From Raillietiella orientalis (lineage: Eukaryota), in the NCBI GenBank assembly GCA_036172245.1, contig JAYWIR010000041.1, positions 806,001 to 870,000 on the forward strand: DNA of 64,000 nt, given 5' to 3'. Of the stretch, positions 49,795 to 61,994 are shown in pieces; the first letter of the stretch is position 1, and the number at the start of each line of letters is the position of its first letter. Made by a program: the position numbers and the translations under genes. Under the pieces are notes generated by a model. It had not been told where the DNA came from and did no database searches. It saw only the letters and a program-made list of their open reading frames with translations.

Positions 49795-50325
49795 CGCTGT
49801 TTTCTTTTTTTTTTTTTTTTTGGTTCTCTAAGTGCGCCTCAAGAGCCGGTTGCGTGCCTCGCGGCGAACGTGGCCCTTTTAAACACTGTTTTGTCTATAC
49901 GCCACTCCGCCTGCGGCAGCCCGCAAGGAAGGGCATGTAACTTCTTCAGGATAGGGGCACTCCGGGATGGAGTGGTCCACCCTATGAATCCAGGAAGGGC
50001 TCGGAGTCCATTCCTCTCACGCTTCGGGAAGGATTCCCCCCCATCCAATCGCACCTCCCGCCCTGGTTGTCTCCGAAGGGGCACCCCGAAGGGAACCTCC
50101 TTCCTCATTCTCTCCGGAGGGAAATCCCCTAATGGGCGAGGGTCCTCTCCATTTCAACTTCTCCGAAGGGATCCCGGAAAGGATCCGCTTGTAGGAATTT
50201 CTTCTCCGGAGGGAACCCGCAAGGGAACCGCTCCTGTTCACTCTTCTGACGCTTCACGCTTCCGAAACTCAGAAGGGGCGCTGCAGCTTCCCGCAGGGAA
50301 TCGCTCTCGCTTGCTACCTTGTGCA
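49795..50325 (-). mobile_element. Family S SINE-like copy (tail plus body)
   Basis: Poly-T near 49806-49821, then GGTTCTCTAAGT..GAGCCGGTTGCGTGCCTCGCGG and the TATGAATCCAGGAAG body. Confidence 0.65.
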
Positions 50326-50399
50326 CATTCTGTGAAGAGGCGACGACTCGGAGAGACCCCCGCAACAGGGGGTTCCTGCTACTGCAAAGTGAGGACCGT

Positions 50400-51300
50400 G
50401 TTATCCTAGTCGACACCTTAGACTGTGGGAGGTTCCAGGAAAAGGAAAAGACGGGTTCGTACCTGAGCGCATCATCGGTGCTCCTCCCTTCCAGAGGGGT
50501 ACCCTGCTCGACGCGTACGATGCGGTCCCGAAGCAACGGAAGATCACGAGGGGGAGAGGCGACCAACAGAGCAAAGCCCCCCAGAAGCGCCCTGCACTCC
50601 TTCCCAGGGGCATCGGATGGGCCACCGACTCAGGGACTCTCCACACCACGAGATGAATCGGGAGGAGCTGTCTGAGGACACCGTAGGGATTGCCCGGCAA
50701 CTTGCAAAGCCTCCTCCGGGCGTTACTATGCATTCCCCAGAGAATTTTTCCGGGATGGACACTGGAAGCACCCGGTGGGTGAGCACCCGTGCTGAGTGCA
50801 CACTGAAGAGCTGCAGCGTCGTCGGGAGGGCGCGCTGAAGGAGGAAGCCGCAAGGCTGCGAGGGCAGTGGGGATTCTCTCCTCCTTTCATCTGCTTGTAC
50901 CTCCCCCACTTTGGGATGACTGCAGACAGCAAAACGCGGGTGCACCTGTGAACGAACGCCTGTTGGTCCCGTGAAGGGCATCGAGAGAGCACGGGATCAT
51001 TCGTGGTTGTTCACTCTTGCCGGGATCAGTTGACATGGAGGAGTTCTTGCTGCAACGGCTGCCGGGTGCCGGTCTGGTCTCGAGAGGATCAGTGGGAGCT
51101 GCGAGCTGCAAACGAGAGGAGAGCTATCGACGCCCTCGAGCACAAGCGTCCTGAGACGAGGTGACTGTTACCAGGATGCTCCGCTGTTCGTGCGCCAACC
51201 TTTCTCTTCAGGTAGAGGTAGCGGGGTAGCGGAAGCAGCAGCCGTTGCTGAGCTGCCAAAGCTGCAAGACCGGAACCAGGTCGAGATACGATCACGACCG
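50400..51300 (-). mobile_element. Penelope-like RT relic
   Basis: PRYLYLKRK..HP..LVS, SKNS, CSLDALHGTN, LQCALS, and LPLLRDRIVR..RSTDDALRY, in order. Confidence 0.4.
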
Positions 51301-52869
51301 AAAAATTCTCGTAGCTCGAAAGGAGGACGAAGAGCGTTCTTCTGCGCGTGGTGTCACCTCCTACGATTCTGAAGATGGTTCCCTCAGTTTCCTGTCCGTC
51401 CAAAACGCCTTGCCGCACATCCTGCAGAAAACCGCAATCCATGTGATCGACAGTTCGTTTGCCTCTTCGGCGCCTATCCCAAATAGAGCGAACAGAAAGA
51501 GGCGACAGCAAACCAAGCCCTGAGTGATAAGGGGGATTTTTCAAAATGTTTCTTCTGGTGTCATTTCAGTGGGAAATACTGGAAGAATCCGGACTTTCTC
51601 TTCCTGGATCCCGCGTGTGTCACCATGGGATTACTTCGAGCTACTCCTTGGCTCTCATGGACTTTCTCTCTGTGGCTCCTAAGTGTGTCAACGAGAGATT
51701 TACTTCCAATGCTGCTTGACGCTCACTACAGATGTTAGAAGTTCAAACGATGACCTTCAGGAGGGGTGCTCACCACATAACAGAATAGTGGACTAAGTGA
51801 AGTTGGTTCCCCCCCCCTCAGAGTTGTAGAGAGTTATCAGGATTTCCTGGACGGGTAGGTTCATGTCATCGAAAAGAACATTTTATTTTTGCATATAATG
51901 ACGTATGTATTCACTTTTCATATAGTAATTTGCATCTACTTCGTGAAATCTTCCACATACATATAGGTAGATAGTAAGTAGATCTCCATGTAATTTAATA
52001 TGATAGATTGATGCATCGTTTTTTATGTAAATTCCGTACGATTTAGAAATAGTATCTATTACTGCACATACGTTTTTTTCCCTATTATTTATTATCTTTC
52101 CAACTGCTGAACTGCGCATATTTTTATTATTGCATTCTTGCCTGCAGGTATGCTTGCCAGATGCCACGATTCCTGAGACTCAGCCCCTGAATCCTCTGCT
52201 ACAAGTCCAAAGCGGTCCTGCCATTCTGCTCTCGATTCCTGGGTTTCCATCGAGCTGCATGAAAACTGGGAACGGGAGGAATTCCAGAACCCTGAGATCA
52301 CGGTGAACCTTGCAAATTGCCTTCTGTGCCTGTAAGCAAAAAATACGTATCCCGTTCCTTGTCCCCTGGTCTCCTTCAAGAGATCTCGAGATTAAGCTGA
52401 TCCCTTTCGTAGATTAGAAAACCGCTCCCCTTTTTTCTTATCTCCCCCGTTTCCAAGATCTCAGTCATCCGATCCCAGGAACTGGGTATTTCGGATCTGA
52501 GGGTCTTCCAAATGCTCCCACAACTTACCCGTACATCCTGTTCGTGTAAGTTTCAACAATCGTCCTTAGTGATGTCCTTAGCGGTGTACGATCTTTGCTT
52601 AGAGAACCGTCTCCGAATCCATCACTTCTATCAAACGGTTTACAAATTTTCTCTTCCATCCATTTTAAGGTTATGAATTCTGATTTCAGCTACACGACTT
52701 CCCCCCCACACACACACAGTTTGCTATTTGCTTAGCTCCCATGACGGATACAATAAATAGGTTCACGTGGAGGTTTCACGAGCGTTTCCTTATTTGGGTG
52801 TTCTCCTGGTTGATTTTCTCGAACCAGATTCTGTTTTCTCTCAAAGAGGATTAGACCTTGATAAATTTC

Positions 52870-53950
52870 CATCCGCTGGTTGTTATCAAGTACCTTCAGA
52901 TGGTGGGATGTGGGATGCGCATTCCTTTGCCCTTGCTCCGTGTCAATAGGATTTTCGCACTGCCGAAGCTGCGCACGGGGTTTCATCAAGTCTAAAAAGT
53001 ACGGGAGATGACGGTGGACCGCATCCATACGGACTGCGAGGGTCCAGACTTTGAAAGGCTGGTGGTTTCCTTGGACGGACAGAAAAGTGCGCGTAGGTTA
53101 TCTCGAATATATGGACAGCAGCCTCAAGAGTGCTCGAGGCGAACTCCGGATGTGCGAGATGTTTTGTTTAGATGATTCCAAGCTATGTGAAGACGCTTGG
53201 TTTCGGATGCACCAATGAGGAAAGTTGCTCTCACGCGTTAACTGCAGAAACACACCCTTGAGCACTTTCTGTGTAAATCCTCTCGATTGTGCTCAATGTC
53301 TTCTTGCAGAATCATGTCGCAGAAGGATGGTAGCTGTCATCGAAACCCTCTCAGCAGACGTAATCCCCATTTATTAGCGCTGGAATTTCTGCTCTCTTCG
53401 GCAACATTCATTCGTATTCTGGTTGCATTTTTTTCTCAGCAGGACATCTGAATGCGACTTCCCGAGAGATCAGTTGCCAAGAACGGGAACGAAGCGCTGG
53501 CAACGGTTGCAAAAGATCCTTGAAAACAGTTATCAAAACAAATTTCTGTGCTCGGTTCCGTCTTTTCTGAATTGTTTTGATGAAAGGTTTTTGAGGTTCC
53601 TGCACCACTGGTTTCTCTTTCCCTGATCCGAGGCACGCAAATTGCGCACTCCGTGGTTGTTGCTTTCTTCCAATAAATTAGGACGGATGGGAAGGACTCC
53701 CTATGAAGGCTAGCGTTTGCCGGGAGCACAGGAGCGACTCCGAATTCGACCCGAGCTTTGAGGAGATGCTTGATATTAAATCCAGCTCTCAAAATGCTGC
53801 GGTTCACCTCATCTTCCTCACGTTCTTAACTTGTTGAAACCCCGTGAGCAGCTTTGATAGTACGAAAATCCGATTCATATGGAGCAAGGGCAAAGGAATG
53901 CGCATCCCACATCCCACCGTCAGGGGGTACTTGATAACGACCAGCGGATA
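52870..53950. repeat. Diverged inverted pair (about 52870-53025 and 53795-53950), probable L1/Tx1-like ORF2 remnants
   Basis: Shared core GGTGGGATGTGGGATGCGCATTCCTTTGCCCTTGCTCC. The second copy reads KIRFIWSKGKGMRI (compare FIWxGKxxRI). Confidence 0.6.
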
Positions 53951-54699
53951 AAAATGAGGGGGAGGATCCGTTTTTATTTTGCGCTGCCACGTTCCTGACC
54001 GTGAGATAACGCGCTCTGGCAATGGTCTTGGGAAATGTTCCGAAAGAGAAAGACTTCTAGCCATCTTGAGATTCGTTCCCAAGCTTCGGGAAGAGAGCTG
54101 AGACGAACTGTATGAAACTGTATGAAATCCGGAAGATGCTTCGAGACTCACGAAGTCATGCAAATGGAGCAGGCAAAAAGGAAAAGTCTTCCTGCTGAGA
54201 ATCTGCCACGTGACGTGATTCTCAACTGGGTGCGCACCCCACGGTGTCCCCCCCTCCCTCATCCCTGAAAAAGTAGATAAAGCAAGCTATCCTGGCTTTG
54301 CTCCATCCTTGCAGACTCACCTAGGGCAGAAGAAAGCGCGAGGCGGGGGCAGATGAGGGTAACACTGTAGAATGTGTCTACTTCAACAGAAGCTGAACAG
54401 AAGCCGTGTGTTCGAACGATGGTTAGAGAGAGCCAACCCGTAACAACACACAGAACAAGGAAGCGCTTTCGCGGAAGAGAACGAAGGAAGAGAGGTGCAA
54501 CGACGGTCAGCGCCTGTGAACAACAGTGGTAAGAATCAGAAGGTGTTTGAATAGCGTTCGAGAGAACTCTCACCGAAGCTAAGGATTTCCCTGTACCTTC
54601 AATACGAAATGGTGGTGCACACATGGGACGGACACGTGGCGTCCTCCAGGAGACTGGCTGAACCTTTAGCGAGCAGCGGAGCACCTCCGCGGATTCCTG

Positions 54700-54930
54700 C
54701 GAGGTTTGCAATCGCAGACACTCGAAGACTGGGATCGCTTGAAGCGCTGTCAGTTTGCGAGCAGTTCCTCCTAGACCGTTTTCGGAGCACCTGTTGCCAG
54801 AGGGCGCTCCAGCGATAGGGGAAGACGAGAGAAGCCTCGACGAGTCCTTCACGATCGATGAGGAGATCACCGCCATCGGGAGGCTCAAGAGGCAAAAAGC
54901 ACTCGGGAAGGGGTGGGGGATGGGTGGAAG
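54700..54930 (+). mobile_element. LINE ORF2 pre-RT relic
   Basis: LDESFTIDEEITAIGRLKRQKALG matches the PFTxxEVxxAIxxLKxxKAPG motif. Confidence 0.55.
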
Positions 54931-56572
54931 GACGGGCTGCCCGCGACCTTTGACCAATGCTTCGCAGCTGAGCTGACCCCCTCGGTGCAGCGCTTAACCT
55001 CGCTGATTCGGTTCTTACCCGGTTATTCCGGGACGTTAATCTTGAAAAAAACAAACTACAAGAAAGAGAAGTGTATCCTCTCAATAAACGAGAAAAGCCA
55101 AATTCTTTCCGGTTAGCCACCGGCACGTAGGCCGGCTTTTAAAAAGTAGGGAACTGAGGGAGAGGAAAATAAATAAATAAAAAAAAGACGGGAGGGTGGG
55201 GACAGGGGTAGTTGGTTGAAGCCGTTCCTTCCTCTCTAGAAGCGGTTGTGTACGGTGACGATCTCACTGGCGACTTCTGGCAGATGAGACCACCTTGCAG
55301 CTGTCCTCATGAGGGCAGCTGCCATGATGGTGGCCTCTCTTCGCCGCGAATCTCACTCCAACACGTGGCGAGTTGTCACTATGGCGCGGATGCAACAGAC
55401 GGTTGCGATCGCAGCGCTCTTCTTCAGCCCGCCTCCGGTGAAGAAGCGCTGCAAGTCCAAAGCAGGGGGATCTTGCAGATGATGGATCGCCCAAGCGAGT
55501 CTCCGCCGCAATTCCTCTAGGGCACTGCAGTCAGTCTAACAGGACGTGCGGGAGCGATTCTATCGCCCTGCACCTCAAATAATTTGGGAAGGCAACTCAC
55601 CCGGTAACCAGATGTCTGTGCTGGTTGTGCCGGCAATCCCCAGTGCAGAAACAGCAGAGCATCCTGTGGTGTCCACAGGAGCGGGAAAACGGTAGTGTCA
55701 TGCAGGGGAGGGACCACGAGTTCTTCGGAGGTACACGAAGCTGGTAACCTCACCGGAAGAGTCTCTGGTTCGCTAATTCGGGAGACAGGCGATGTTCCTG
55801 CCTCCTCCCGATCAACAAAAGTACGTCTTCTCCCGAAGGGAGGAGCCAATGATTGTGGATTTTAAGTTCGTTCGGTAGTGTGTGCGAGAGACCCCCTCAT
55901 GAAAGCAAAAGGTGGAATAGGTTCGTCCTCTGGATTGTGGATTAAGTTGGTATGAGGATGAAAATCTGGCATTTGTGCTGCTCGAGTACCCGGGTGTGGA
56001 TTCGTGTTCCAAAAAGTGTTTAAAGAGTCCCGTTTTCGCAACACGTCGGTGCGCTGCGCGGCGGGATCCGCTTCTGAATAGACTGCCGCTGTTTCCCTGG
56101 AGCTGGAGATGCCCCGTCCCCTCGTTCCTCTGGGATTCTCTCTTTCCCTGTGCTTCCCGAGACGGGAACTTTCCCTTAACGTACCCGATCCGAATCCGGA
56201 AGATGGCGGCGGCCTTGCACGATCTGCAAAATGCGAGGCAGACTTGCCCGCGCTCCGCATCCAGCTAACGATCCATGATGGAACAACCTTTTCTTCCGCG
56301 TCTCTCATCCCCTTCCTCCTCCTCCTCCCTTCGTTTTTGCGAGGCAGATTTCTCTGAAAACAAATGTGGAGCGAAAGTAAACTTTCCCCGACTCGACTGT
56401 AAATATTTAGACTGACTAGCGGCTGCTTCCGCCAGAGGTCACTTCTAGCTTCCGTTCCAAGAACCAAAAGCCCAGTTTTGACTTCCGCCGGAATTCTTTT
56501 CTCAGCCCCCGCTCCAGGAACTTGCAGAGACACAAGGTTGTTTTCAGAGCAGTGGTCACTTTTCGATGGTGA

Positions 56573-56754
56573 ACGCGTCAGCGTACGCCGCTTGGCTGCG
56601 GTCTCTTCGCGTACGTGGCTCCAAGCATTGCGGGTTCGAATCCCAACGGGGGAAGGATCGATCTCCAGAGAAGTGCGGAAGGCGTCGTGGGTTTTCGATT
56701 GCCCCCTGAGGACGACGCTGGTTGGTGCCCACGGGCTTCGGACGCTGCATTGGT
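56573..56754 (+). mobile_element. Family S head (tRNA-like); body apparently resumes at about 57200-57425
   Basis: TGGCTGCGG (A-box-like) and GGTTCGAATCCC (B box). Highly similar to the reverse complement of 57564-57742. Confidence 0.7.
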
Positions 56755-57469
56755 TGAAACCCGGTGACGTTGGGGTATTTATTTATAAAATAAACATCCA
56801 CGTCTGTGGCAGGACGTTTGATCCTTCCACGTTACTTATAACCACAAGGAACCACCGGAAACTGGCACCCAGGCCAGCAGGGTTCGCATCGGCAGCACAG
56901 GAGAAGGGGAAACAAACAAACAGAAAAAAATAAAACGGTAAAAAAAATGGGGGAGGAAGAGGGTTCGGGAAGGGATCACTATGTGCTGGAGGGTGTCCTC
57001 TGTATCATTGTAAGGATGCCGACAAGTTCCTGGTTTATATTTCCCGGATGAGGCCATCTTGACGCTGTCCTCATGTAGAGGACAGCAAAATGGATGGCGT
57101 CCCTGTCGTTCTGGCCTCTGGCGTTGTTCCATGCAGCCACGATCACGCGTAGGCAGCAAAGTGTTGCTTGGGCTGCTAGATGCAGCAATGGTGGAAGCCG
57201 GAAACCGCATGCCCCTTTGACTGACCGGGATTGGAAGTTTGATCCCCCAGAATCGGAAAGGATCCACTCCTTGTCTGAACTCCACCTCTAAAAAGAACCC
57301 TGAAGGGACGCCTCCAAATTTCTCTGAAGGGCGCTTCTTGCACTCTGGATAGGCGATCCCCCAAGGGAACGCCACTGGCCAAACATGGATCCCGAGGGAC
57401 CCCGAGCTGCGACCCCGAGGGAGGTGTCACCTAGCACTTTGCCGCGGCTCCATTCTTACGACCGGAGGA

Positions 57470-57742
57470 GGATCCCGAAGGTGACTGACGCTCGTTGGCT
57501 CTGGAAGGACACTGGAGTGTCCAAATTCCAATCCCTGCCCGTCGGCCGAGGCATCAGGCATCCACCAGTGCCGCGCCCGAAGCCCTTGGGAACCAACCAG
57601 CGTCGTCCTCGGGGGGCACTCGAAAACCCACGACGCCTTCCGCACTTCTCTGGAGGTCGATCCTTCCCCCTTTGGGATTCGAACCCGCGATGCTTGTCAC
57701 CACGTACGCGAAGAGACCGCAGCCACGCGGTCGCCGACGCGT
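57470..57742 (-). mobile_element. Family S 5' portion, convergent with the 56573 copy
   Basis: Forward GGGATTCGAACC is a B box on the minus strand. The continuation GGATTGGAATTTG..GTCCTTCCAG matches the 1.6-kb copy. Confidence 0.7.
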
Positions 57743-59075
57743 GCCTTACGAAATGTGAAACTTCCCTCAGCAACGCTCACTTCCGTTAACAACCCGTTGC
57801 GCCTTCAAGTTATCATCTGATTCCATCCGTGGGAAATGGATAGGGAAAGGACTATGCATCCTGGGTCGGTTTGGTTATTTCCCTCCTCTCTCAGCCTTGC
57901 AGACCGCCCTTGACGAATCATGATGATTTCCTTAGGGCAGCCTGATAAGCACCGTTGTCTTCAAGAGAAGATCCCCCCTCCATTTCCTACCAGTATATGC
58001 TAGATTATTCAGGGCGGTGGTTGATGACCTCTCTACCCCTGTCTTGTCTCTGTCGGACCTTTTCCTTGAGTCCACATCCACCTTTCCATCTGAATATCTC
58101 TTGCTCGATGCCTTCCGATGCTGGTACTTCCTCTGTGTTTATCTCTCAGAGGTCGTTCTTCTACATCTTTTCTTGACAGTTCTTTTTCCAATATTGTGGC
58201 ACGTTGTTTTCAGTGCTAAGATGATCTCGCCACTCGGAAGGTTCGAAACTTCTGTGCTGTGCGGTTGGAGTGGTGTCACCAGCCACAATCCTATTCGATA
58301 GCCAAACCTAAATGGGAACGACCCTGGTCGCGATACGCCCCGCACTCCAACCCAAAACAGTGGACTCGCACGCCGATTGGAGACACGGAAACTTCAGCAC
58401 TCCGAACTCAATTAGAGCCATGTCAACCGGAAAGCGACCAAGTCTGCACAAATGCCGGCTGCAAGGCGGCTCTCAAGGATGACAGGAAGCACGGGAAAAA
58501 AATAATGTCGGGAAATTTCATCTTGCTCTCCCCAAAGCTCTTCCAATCCCCTTATTTGCTCGCGTGTGCTTTTTTGTTGAGGCTCGTGCACCGCAACCAC
58601 CAGGGCTGTCGTCAGCTTAGATGTCTGAAGAAAATCTCCTTAAAAGCACTCGAATTTCGATGATTCACGTGCCGCAAAAAGAACGACCGCTGCGAAATTG
58701 GTCGCTGCGTTATGGACGACCCAGAACACCTTCCGGCTGCGAATTCGTCACGAACGCCACCGAGGCAGCATCCTCGCTTAAAAGGCAGGAAAAAGTTATG
58801 GTCTTTCTACATCGAAAGCGACCGTTGAACTGAAGTCAGTGCTGTGAACGCTTTCGGCATGGAAGTTTTATTTTCCACATTTTCTGGAAGACTTTTCAAG
58901 ACAGATACATACCCGTATAACACGGGAGGTGGTTTCGCGCGTGATGCAAGTCCGCGTTATACGAGCCCATGGGTTATGCATCCATGATGTGATAGGATTT
59001 ATAGAAGATAAAAAATGAGTCTTGAAACGCCATAACAGCGGAGTAGTTATTTCACTTCGAAACGAAAAAGAAAAA

Positions 59076-60120
59076 CTCTTTGAGTGCTATGGACGCGTCT
59101 ATGCGTCTGGCAAATGCTTTTATCTTGTCTTCCCCAGTCCGACTTGAATAGATGGGGTGAATTTATTTTCTACTTTCATTCATATATGCGTTGGTCCATG
59201 TCGCTGGTCCTCACTGTTTTTCACTTTTCACTTGGGGCATCCAGTCACTGCGTTTGCACGGGGATTTCACTTACTCGACAAGGTTCCCGAATCCTTTGCA
59301 GGATGCAACGGGTACGTCCAGGTGGGAATGCGTCCGATCCCAATTTTCCTCTTCACTAAACCTTTCAGTATCTCCCCAGCTGGCGCACTGTTTATTCCGG
59401 TCCGCATTTTTGCCCTTCCCACCACGACGCTCGTGATAAAGAGGGCGATGGTGATGCGGACCATTGGGTTGCATCGAGGAACATCGTTGCCGTTCCTTTC
59501 AAACATCCCTGCCAGGATCTCCATCTTGTCCATCCTCTGCGGGCCTGTCACCCCCTCCAGCTTGGCCCAGTCCCGGCGCAGTGTCGGGAAGGTGAGTACG
59601 TGGAGTTGGGTTTCCCTGGCTCCACAGGCCGTGCACATCTCGTCTTGCGCGTTGCCTGACCAGTGCCTCGTCCTCGTGCCGCTCAGGATGCCTCCGTGAC
59701 AGGACATCAGAAGGTCATCCTGAGTGTCGGGTGGTATGCAAGTGCAAGTCCTACTTACGTTCTTATAATTGGCAACCCTAGCAACGGCAGTGAACAAAAT
59801 TCTGTTTATATCGGCTAATTTATTCTCGGTGTGGCATTTGATTCATTATCGAAGTGTACCGCACCCCAATGATTTATTCGAATTATAATTTTTGAATAAA
59901 TGATATCTGTTTGGGAAAAATGAAAATATTTTATTTAATGTGATGTAAATAAACAATTGCAACAGTAACTGTAATCGTCACTTTATATAAAGTCAATCAG
60001 TGGCACCTCTGATTGAACACGCGGTACGCGAAAAAGCGTGCCGTCCACGGAAGTCTCCACTGAGACTCGTGTGCCGTCAACACAGAACGTTTAAATCCGA
60101 CCAGTCCCGCACCCAAAGGG
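59076..60120. mobile_element. Family P MITE carrying an internal LINE fragment
   Basis: CTCTTTGAGTGC left end and GCACCCAAAGGG-TCAA right end. Segment 59753-60120 is close to the reverse complement of 10459-10821. Confidence 0.8.
59128..59752 (-). mobile_element. 3' fragment of L1/Tx1-like ORF2 (zf-RVT-type CCHC) inside the MITE
   Basis: HGGILSGTR..EMCTACGARETQLHVL, with a minus-strand AATAAA near 59163-59168. Confidence 0.6.
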
Positions 60121-60419
60121 TCAAAAGCATTCCTTTACTAAGTTAGAGCAAAAGAAATGTCTGAAGAGTTTTGCTGATATTTGATCAATTTCAACAGCTT
60201 CCCCTCTGTCACCCGCGTTGTTGAAAAATATGCTTACTTGCCTTGGAAACAGCTAAAAAAGAAAAATGGGGGTAAAGGTAAAAAAAAAAAAAATCACCCC
60301 ACTCGAGTCACGTATTCGTATATAAAGACAGCTGAACTGAAAGTGAATATCATGAAATCGAAATTTATCGGCACCACCGCACGAGGACTCACCGGTTGAG
60401 GACTGTCAGGTCACGGACC

Positions 60420-60800
60420 CGCGCTATACGAGGGTCTGCTATGGTTTCCGATCCAACACTCACAGACCTCAGGTTGTTTTCCTGAGTCTTAGCACTGTAA
60501 AGGAGATGACAGCGTGCGCAGTTCGTGACACCTGAACCTTTCTGCTTTGCGTGCAAGAAACTGCAAGAGCAGCTCAATTAATGGACTCAAAGCCGCCTTG
60601 ACTTTCGAACCCATTGACTCTGTTTCTTCTTGCGCTCCTGATGGAGCGCACTGTGGTTTCGTTCTTCGTCTCCAGGCAACGGCGAGAGCACTTGAATCTG
60701 TTCCTGTTCCGAGCTGCGTTCCCATGTGGAGAGATGAGCCGGTTTTCACTCCGAACGAGCTCACAGGTTTCAAGACACCAAGCTGCTGCATTTGTGATAC
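60420..60800 (-). mobile_element. Penelope-like RT relic
   Basis: VSSFGVKT and ESMGSK..LSPLIELLLQFL resemble VSFDVKS and AMGSPLSPxIANL. Confidence 0.45.
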
Positions 60801-61994
60801 TGCTCGGAATCGATGAGCTCTTCAAAGCTGCGGAAGCAGCTGCAACCCTGGTCTCGTGGAGAGGATCACTCGGCAGTTTCTTCCCGGGATTTTTTTTTCT
60901 TTGCCTTACCAAAATCTCCATACGTGGTCAGGAGGGACCCAAGGGCGACTCTGGTGAAGGTCGGCAGAGACATAGAAGCGTCTGGAGTAGGTGGCTTTCT
61001 TTGAAGTTTCACGCGCTGCGAGTCGGTCGCCCAGGTCAAGGTGGCTGCGCAAAGAAAGTAGGAGCGACCATCGTCACAGCGATTGACCCTTGGGGTTCCG
61101 GTGAAAGGCGGAATCCCAATGGAGCGCATCGAGAAGGGAATGGCGCGCACACACCCTGCAGAGACCCACCGGAAGCACGCGCGTGGGATTCTCCCTGCCG
61201 AGGTGGAGGAGACCCAAGGCGAAGGAGAGAACGGAGAGGGCGGCCAGGCAGCGACAAGGACGGTGGAGAATCCCCCGGTCATCGAACGGACGCTTCTCGG
61301 GGGGTCGTTTGTGAAGCGCAAGAATAAAAAATGCTATCCTCGTCCTCCTAATCTATGATCGCCACCATCGCCATGCCATTATCATCTCAGGATGTGTGGT
61401 TCTTGTCGAAGCGGAAGGAAGAAGATTCCATCTGCTAAAGCAGTGATCTAAGTCTGAGGGGGGACATGACCTCGACCCATCCTCAAACTGTGAATGGATG
61501 TAAAGTCCGACTTGCATAAAGAAGTTCGACTGTCGGAGCCATGAGAGGGCACCAGCAAACCCCATTTTGGTAAGTAGGACTGGCGCTGAAGGATAAGGCT
61601 AACTAACCATTGGGTCCCAGCTCCCGATGCAGGGAGCTCAGGGAGGAGGAGGAAGAGTAGTAGTAGTAGGAGGGTGTTCTTGGCTGCCGTGGACAGTAGG
61701 ACGGCGGCAACCTTGGAAGTCGAGATCCGCTAAGGGGCGCGTACTGACCCGCTTGCCGAAGCAGCCGATCCTGTAAGGGATGGCGCGCAGACATCGAGCC
61801 AAGGCAGTGAGCTCAGAGGGATTCGGGTGGGAATTCGTCTGGAACCCCCGCCGTCCCGCCCGCGGCAGTTGCAGGCACTACGTCCACATGTGGGAGGTTC
61901 TCTGTGGAGGGGTCGGGCATCGAGCCCCTCCACTTATGGCTCTTCGACGCCTTGCAGCTAGAGTCCGCGCCCCGTGCCCTGCTAGTGCACATCC

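Noticed and set aside
56590..56650. tRNA gene
   Set aside because: A B box is present but there is no convincing cloverleaf, and the sequence continues into a dispersed repeat body, so it is a SINE head.
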